64,000 nucleotides of DNA from an uncultured Actinomycetota bacterium (lineage in GTDB: Bacteria > Actinomycetota > Actinomycetes > JAFAQI01): NCBI GenBank assembly GCA_963770565.1, contig CAVYQE010000002.1, forward strand, positions 352,001 through 416,000, in the 5' to 3' direction. Below, piece by piece: positions 59,178 to 64,000 of the stretch. Made by a program: the position numbers and the translations under genes. Within the stretch, counting starts at the first letter, position 1, and each line of letters begins with the position of its first letter. The notes below the pieces were generated by a model. It made no database searches. It worked only from the letters and a program-made list of their open reading frames with translations, and was not told the origin of the DNA.

Positions 59178-59205
59178 CTGAATTATTGCTGAGAGTTCAC
59201 CGGGA
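59178..59205 (-). promoter_or_regulatory. MprA-box-like direct repeats upstream of htrA-mprA-mprB
   Basis: Minus strand TCCCGG-N5-TCTCAG-N5-ATTCAG (11-bp period), resembling the mycobacterial MprA TCTCAG hexamer repeat. Confidence 0.6.
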
Positions 59206-59244
59206 ATGCCCCCGAACGCTGTGAATCAGGTAACACTGGAGACA

Positions 59245-59973
59245 ATGACTGAGCCACGCGAGGTCGCGAGCGCCGCGTACAACGCGGGGCTCCGCGCGGT
59301 GGAGCGCGCCGGCGACGCGATGGGCGAGGCGGTTGCCATCGCCAAGCCCAAGCTGCGCGGGTGGCTTCACCTCGTCACGTCGCCGCTGGCGCTCGTGGCC
59401 GGCGTCGTACTCATCGTGCTTGCGCCGACCTTGCCGGCCAAACTGGCGGCGCTGGCGTACGTCGCCACCGCTGTCATCCTGTTCACCACCAGCGCGATCT
59501 ACCACCGCGGCAAGTGGTCGGCCAGGGCCGAGATCAGGCTGAAGCGCCTCGATCACGCCAACATCTTCCTGCTGATCGCCGGCACCTACACGCCGTTCGG
59601 CGTGCTCGCCCTCAGCGGCGACACCCGGATCGTGGTGCTCGCCACTGTGTGGGGCACCGCGCTCCTCGGGGTGGTGTTTCGAGTGCTCTGGGTCGACGCG
59701 CCGCGCTGGCTGTATGTCGCGCTGTACCTGGGTCTCGGCTGGGCGGCCAGCTTGTTCGTGCCCGAGCTGATTCGCGGTGCCGGTGTGCCGGCCTTCGTAC
59801 TGGTCGCGGTCGGTGGGTTGTTCTATACCTGCGGCGGCGTCGTGTACGGCTTGAAGCGACCCAACCCGAGCCCCAAGTGGTTCGGCTTCCACGAAATCTT
59901 CCACGCCTGTACGGTCGCCGCGTTCACCTGCCAGTACGTCGCCGCGTCGTTCGTCGTCTACCGCGCTGCCTAG
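59245..59973 (+). CDS. Hemolysin III / PAQR family membrane protein (TrhA)
   Basis: KPKLRGWLH, SAIYHRG, RLDHANIFLLIAGTYTP, FGFHEIFH. Confidence 0.93.
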   Translation: MTEPREVASAAYNAGLRAVERAGDAMGEAVAIAKPKLRGWLHLVTSPLALVAGVVLIVLAPTLPAKLAALAYVATAVILFTTSAIYHRGKWSARAEIRLKRLDHANIFLLIAGTYTPFGVLALSGDTRIVVLATVWGTALLGVVFRVLWVDAPRWLYVALYLGLGWAASLFVPELIRGAGVPAFVLVAVGGLFYTCGGVVYGLKRPNPSPKWFGFHEIFHACTVAAFTCQYVAASFVVYRAA

Positions 59974-60126
59974 CTCGCCGCAGCCCCGACCGTCGCGCGG
60001 ATTTCACCCGACTGGCGCAACGTTGGCAGGTCGGGTGCGTCACAATCGTGGGGCGGGGACGGTTCGGACCGGTCGGCATCGCGCTGGACGGAGCGCGGTC
60101 GGACGGAGTGAGGCAGGTCGAGGTCG

Positions 60127-60768
60127 ATGAAACTCATCAAGCATGGCCACGCGTGCGTCCGGCTCGAGGGCTACAACGGCACCCTGGTGATCGACCCGGG
60201 CGGCTACAGCGAGGACGCCTCGGTGGCGAACGTCGACGCCATCCTCATCACCCATGAACACTTCGACCATTTCGCCGAAGATCGGGTCCGGGCCGCTCTC
60301 CAGGCCAATCCCGGTGTGAACATCTGGACCGTGGCTGCAGTCGCGCAGAAGCTGGTCGGGCTGGGCTCAGCACTGCATGTCGTCGGCGACGGTGACACCT
60401 TCACCGCCGCCGGCTTCGACATCGAGGCGCACGGGGTCTGGCACGCCGAGGTGCATCGCGACATCCCGCGGATCACCAATACGGGCTTCCTCATCGACCG
60501 GCACCTGTTCCATCCCGGGGACGCGCTGACGGTGCCCGACAAGCCGATCGAAACCTTGCTGCTGCCCGTCCACGCGCCGTGGTCGCGGACCGCCGACCTG
60601 ATCGACTGGGTTCGGGAGATCGGGCCCAAACAGGCGCTCGCGATCCACGACGGCGCGCTGAACTCGATCGGACTCGCCCTCGTCGGCGGCCTGCTCGGCG
60701 ACCACGGCCCCGGGATCGGCGCGGACTATCACCGCCTCGATGTCCACGACTCGGTCGAGTTCGGCTGA
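60127..60768 (+). CDS. MBL-fold metallo-hydrolase
   Basis: GHACVRLE, LVIDPG, ITHEHFDH, FHPGD, IHDG. Confidence 0.9.
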   Translation: MKLIKHGHACVRLEGYNGTLVIDPGGYSEDASVANVDAILITHEHFDHFAEDRVRAALQANPGVNIWTVAAVAQKLVGLGSALHVVGDGDTFTAAGFDIEAHGVWHAEVHRDIPRITNTGFLIDRHLFHPGDALTVPDKPIETLLLPVHAPWSRTADLIDWVREIGPKQALAIHDGALNSIGLALVGGLLGDHGPGIGADYHRLDVHDSVEFG

Positions 60769-60769
60769 G

Positions 60770-60812
60770 CCGGAACGAGCAACCGGGTATGGCTTACCCG
60801 GTTGCCTTCCGG
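60770..60812 (+). terminator. Stem-loop after the MBL gene
   Basis: GCAACCGGGTA-TGGCT-TACCCGGTTGC with outer CCGGAA/TTCCGG; no U-tract. Confidence 0.55.
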
Positions 60813-60852
60813 ATGCCATGATCATCGGCGGGGGTAGCAGAAGAGGGCGGCC

Positions 60853-62349
60853 ATGCGTTCACGGGGGCTTGCGCTGCTGGCAACGGCATCCGTCGTCGCG
60901 ATCATCGCCGGAACGGCAACGAGCGCCGTCGGGCGGCCGGCCATGCCACCCAGGTCGGCGCCGCCGCCGATCGGGTACGTCTACGCCTCGACGATCTCGG
61001 CGATCGACATCCTCGCGGTCCAACCCAACCTCAGCCTGAAGAAGATCGGCTCGGTCACGACCCAGGATGTCCACGTGCTGGGGCTGGCGATCCTGCACAC
61101 ACCCGGTGGAGTGCACCTCTATGCGCTCGAAACCATCAGCGGCGCCTTCGGCTTCATCTACGAATACAGCGTGCACACCTCGACGGGGAGGCTCACGCCT
61201 GACAAGACCAAGCCGGTCGCGGCGGTCGAGGGCTCCACGGACAATGGCCTGCTCGCCTATGACGGCTACGCCGTCAACAAGTCGTACAAGTCGGAGCTGT
61301 TCTCCAGGAGCATTTGCGCCGCCGGGCCGTGCACGAGCGGGCAGACCGGATTCGCACAGTTCACCGTCAACCCGAACACCGGTGAGCCGCACCTGGTCGC
61401 CCCAGCAACCAACCAGGACATCTACGACATGTCGAGCAATGGCAACGAGATCGACCTCGTCCTACAAGCACCGCAGGGAGGAGCGAAGGTCGTGGCCCTG
61501 GAGGTGGTGCCGAAGACCGGCCACCTGGTGGGCGGTTCGCCTTTCACCCTCACCTACAGTTCCAAGTTGACCCCGGCGTTCGCCAATGTCAGCGCCACCG
61601 AGCCCGATCGAGTCGGACTGGGCAATCTGACCATCGCACCGGACACGGCCGGAGCCGGGGTCTACGGCAGCAGCGGCACAACGCTCACCAACGGCGGTGG
61701 GACCGAGGAGGCGTCGTCTGCAAGCCAGATCACCTCCCTCACCTTCACCAGACATCTCCTGCTGGCCGGAGAGACCCTAAAGAGCAACGGCGGACCGCAA
61801 CTCGAGGTGTTCTCGCCGGACGGAGCGGGTTCCGAAGGGGTCGTGAACCTGACCGACAAGCCGTACGGCCTGGCGACCGGCAACAACTTCCCGATCACGA
61901 TGTTCACGCTTGGCGACGGGATCTACATCGGGCTCTACGACGGACCGGTGGTGCAGGCAACTGAAGGAGTGGGCGGCAAGGGACTGGCGATCAGCAAGAC
62001 GCACCCGACGGTGGCCGGCACCTTCCAGGCGTACGCGATCACCGGTTACCTCTTCCCGCACAAGTCGAAGACATTGACGACGATCCACGTGAAGATCAGT
62101 GGCGGCAAGGTGCACGTCTCCGGCGCGGTGGCCGCGGGCGTCGCCGGCGTCAAGGTCACCGTCGACCTCGAGCGCCGCAGCGGCGGGACGTTCCACACCC
62201 TGCACACCACGAAGGCGAAGCTGTCGGCGGGAAAGAAGTACGCCGCGGCGCTCGCGCCGGTCAAGGCCGGCCAGTGCAGGGCGGTGGCACGCTATCCCGG
62301 TACGTCGACGACCGCGGCGTCCTCGGCGTCGAAATCGTTCACCTGCTGA
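60853..62349 (+). CDS. Secreted hypothetical beta-rich protein with basic Ig-like C-terminal domain
   Basis: 498 aa, Sec signal, GC3-biased codons; C-terminal VHVSGAV...VTVDLERR...CRAVARYPG...S.S.SFTC. Confidence 0.75.
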   Translation: MRSRGLALLATASVVAIIAGTATSAVGRPAMPPRSAPPPIGYVYASTISAIDILAVQPNLSLKKIGSVTTQDVHVLGLAILHTPGGVHLYALETISGAFGFIYEYSVHTSTGRLTPDKTKPVAAVEGSTDNGLLAYDGYAVNKSYKSELFSRSICAAGPCTSGQTGFAQFTVNPNTGEPHLVAPATNQDIYDMSSNGNEIDLVLQAPQGGAKVVALEVVPKTGHLVGGSPFTLTYSSKLTPAFANVSATEPDRVGLGNLTIAPDTAGAGVYGSSGTTLTNGGGTEEASSASQITSLTFTRHLLLAGETLKSNGGPQLEVFSPDGAGSEGVVNLTDKPYGLATGNNFPITMFTLGDGIYIGLYDGPVVQATEGVGGKGLAISKTHPTVAGTFQAYAITGYLFPHKSKTLTTIHVKISGGKVHVSGAVAAGVAGVKVTVDLERRSGGTFHTLHTTKAKLSAGKKYAAALAPVKAGQCRAVARYPGTSTTAASSASKSFTC

Positions 62350-62350
62350 G

Positions 62351-62560
62351 TCAGCGGGCGCGGGCGAAGCACATCTTGCAGGTCACCAGGCCGATCGGCC
62401 GGGCCGACCATCGCATCGAGTCGAACCCGATGACGTCGTCACCGAGCGCGCGACCGCACAGCGTGGCGCCCCGGCCGTCGAGATAGGCGTGCAACTCGCC
62501 GCGCGGGATGGGGCGACCACGTGACATCACGACGGACGTCGCGGCGACGCGATAGACCAC
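62351..62560 (-). CDS. Small putative zinc-binding protein (H..C..CxxC)
   Basis: 69 aa from GTG 62560 with GGGAG RBS: ...GELHAY..ATLCGRAL...RW...VTCKMC. Confidence 0.55.
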   Translation of the reverse strand: MVYRVAATSVVMSRGRPIPRGELHAYLDGRGATLCGRALGDDVIGFDSMRWSARPIGLVTCKMCFARAR

Positions 62561-62824
62561 GATGCACTCCCGTCGCTGTCGCCGCGGGAACGGCTGCTGG
62601 ATGCCCGGCGCCTGCGGTGCCGCCGGGCCGGCTGGGCCCGGCACCACGTTTCGCCCCGGCCATGAACATTGCCAACACCATGCCGACCGGCAGCGATGCT
62701 GCGCACCAGGCCCCGATGGCATATCCGGCGATCCGCATGGCGTCAGCGTGTGCGACCGATGCGTACGCGAGCCCAACGCCATCTGAACCGCGGGTGAAAC
62801 CCCCGCTTCGGCGAAGATGGGCTG

Positions 62825-63307
62825 ATGAACACGCACATCGCGGTCGTCGGCGCGAGCGAGGCCACCGACGCCGAACTCGCAATCGCGACCGAGCTCGGAC
62901 GGCTGATCGGATCGCGCGGCTACGTTCTCGTCACCGGCGGCCTCGACGGTGTCATGGCCGCCGCCAGCCGCGGCGCGAAGGACGCCGGCGGCGTCAGCAT
63001 CGGCCTGCTGCCAGCCTTGGACCGCTCGACGGCGAACGAGCACCTCACCGCCGCGATCCCGACCGGCCTGGGCGAGTTGCGGAACGGACTCGTCGTACGG
63101 AGCGCGGACGGCATCATCGCGATCGGCGGGAGCTGGGGCACGTTGAGCGAGATTGCGCTCGCGATGCGCACCGGCGTACCCATCGTCCGAATCGGCGGCT
63201 GGTCCCTGACCGACGAGCAGGGTACGTCGATCGACCTGCCGTCTGCCGACAGCGCGGAGGATGCGCTTCGACAGCTCGAGGCGACGCTCGAGAACCGTGC
63301 GGGCTGA
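62825..63307 (+). CDS. TIGR00725 family (SLOG/LOG-like) protein
   Basis: IAVVG, TGGLDGVMAAASRGA, TGLGELRN, IGGSWGTLSEIALA. Confidence 0.9.
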   Translation: MNTHIAVVGASEATDAELAIATELGRLIGSRGYVLVTGGLDGVMAAASRGAKDAGGVSIGLLPALDRSTANEHLTAAIPTGLGELRNGLVVRSADGIIAIGGSWGTLSEIALAMRTGVPIVRIGGWSLTDEQGTSIDLPSADSAEDALRQLEATLENRAG

Positions 63308-63333
63308 GTTCCGGCGCCGTCGCTGGGCCGACG

Positions 63334-64000
63334 TCAGGTCGTCGCAAGCAAGACGGCGACAAACGCCGCGTAGCCGGCGATGATCAGCCATCCCGCGCTG
63401 CGCTGAAGCCCGCGGGCCCAGTAGGAAAGCACCAGGGTGAGCGCGGTGAGGCCGACGTACCAGCCGACCACGATGTAGCCGGACGCGGCCGGCCGGGCCA
63501 AGCCGATGAAACTCGCCGGGATCAGCAGACCGGCAGTGACGTTGATCGCGTTGGAGTTGAGCGCGGCGCTGAAGGCAGCTGCGCCGCGGCCGCGGCGGGC
63601 CAGGTAGGTAGCCGCGACCGCGTTCGGGAGGCTCGTGACAGCGGCAAGAACCAATCCACCAACGACGATCTGCGCCACGTTGTAGCGATGCCCCAGGTGT
63701 GACGCACCCTGCTCCATGGCGATGCTCGCCGCCACCACGACCGCCAGCGCAATACCGGCGACCACGGCATCAACGCCCGACCCGCGCGGTGGGTTGATCG
63801 CCTCTTCGAGCTCGCGTTCCTCCTCGACGATCGCGGCGGTGAGCCAGTCGACCCACGGCCGCGGCAGCGGAAGCCGGCTCAGCGTCGAGTGATCGACGCT
63901 GAGCGCGAGGAGGTACGGGATCAGCACGACGAGGACCGCAACCAAGGCGATCGCGGGTCCGGCCACGCCAGCCACTGCAAGCAGGCAGATGACCGCGATC
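63334..64000 (-). CDS. Sodium/calcium exchanger family membrane protein (5' end beyond the window)
   Basis: Alpha-repeat GLVLAAVTSLPNAVAA...GRGAAAFS.ALNSN; multiple TMs. Confidence 0.8.
   Translation of the reverse strand, partial: IAVICLLAVAGVAGPAIALVAVLVVLIPYLLALSVDHSTLSRLPLPRPWVDWLTAAIVEEERELEEAINPPRGSGVDAVVAGIALAVVVAASIAMEQGASHLGHRYNVAQIVVGGLVLAAVTSLPNAVAATYLARRGRGAAAFSAALNSNAINVTAGLLIPASFIGLARPAASGYIVVGWYVGLTALTLVLSYWARGLQRSAGWLIIAGYAAFVAVLLATT

Noticed and set aside
62825-63307. SLOG protein as part of an anti-phage system
   Set aside because: Stand-alone TIGR00725-type gene with no TIR, Sir2 or effector neighbours.

Overview
High-GC actinomycete chromosome segment; the gene order resembles Frankia/Acidothermus/Jatrophihabitans-type bacteria (inference). 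The backbone is a conserved housekeeping run, mostly on the minus strand: udgB ... ppx-DUF501-divIC-eno-mazG-surA/prsA-mfd ... ybjQ-pth-rplY-prs-glmU-tRNA-Gln-desaturase-ABC-F-ispE-rsmA-tatD-metG-rsmI-pmt ... mprB-mprA-htrA(pepD)-trhA. A ~21 kb locus sits between mfd and ybjQ/pth and looks like a Wzx/Wzy pathway for a sulfated surface polysaccharide. It encodes a Wzc-like protein with a dead kinase domain, a Wzy-like polymerase, an APH-type kinase, two different sulfotransferases, a flippase, WecG/TagA and GT2 glycosyltransferases, GH26-like hydrolases, and two giant propeller/malectin/PKD surface proteins. Single related genes (a third sulfotransferase, a third GH26, a methyltransferase, a degenerate PAP2) are slotted between neighbouring housekeeping genes. 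Other notable items: a DUF4331 operon in which the DUF4331 protein has no signal peptide but the upstream small protein has a twin-arginine signal, an in-frame DUF501-Ppx fusion, a probable CTG-started flippase, a nested-palindrome REP/MITE-like element, an MprA-box-like triple repeat, and no rpfB at its usual site. Many 1-nt frameshifts cluster at about 21-25 kb and 36-45 kb and also hit essential genes, so they are most likely long-read consensus errors. Coordinates in those zones are approximate. All family assignments come from motif recognition by eye, not database searches.
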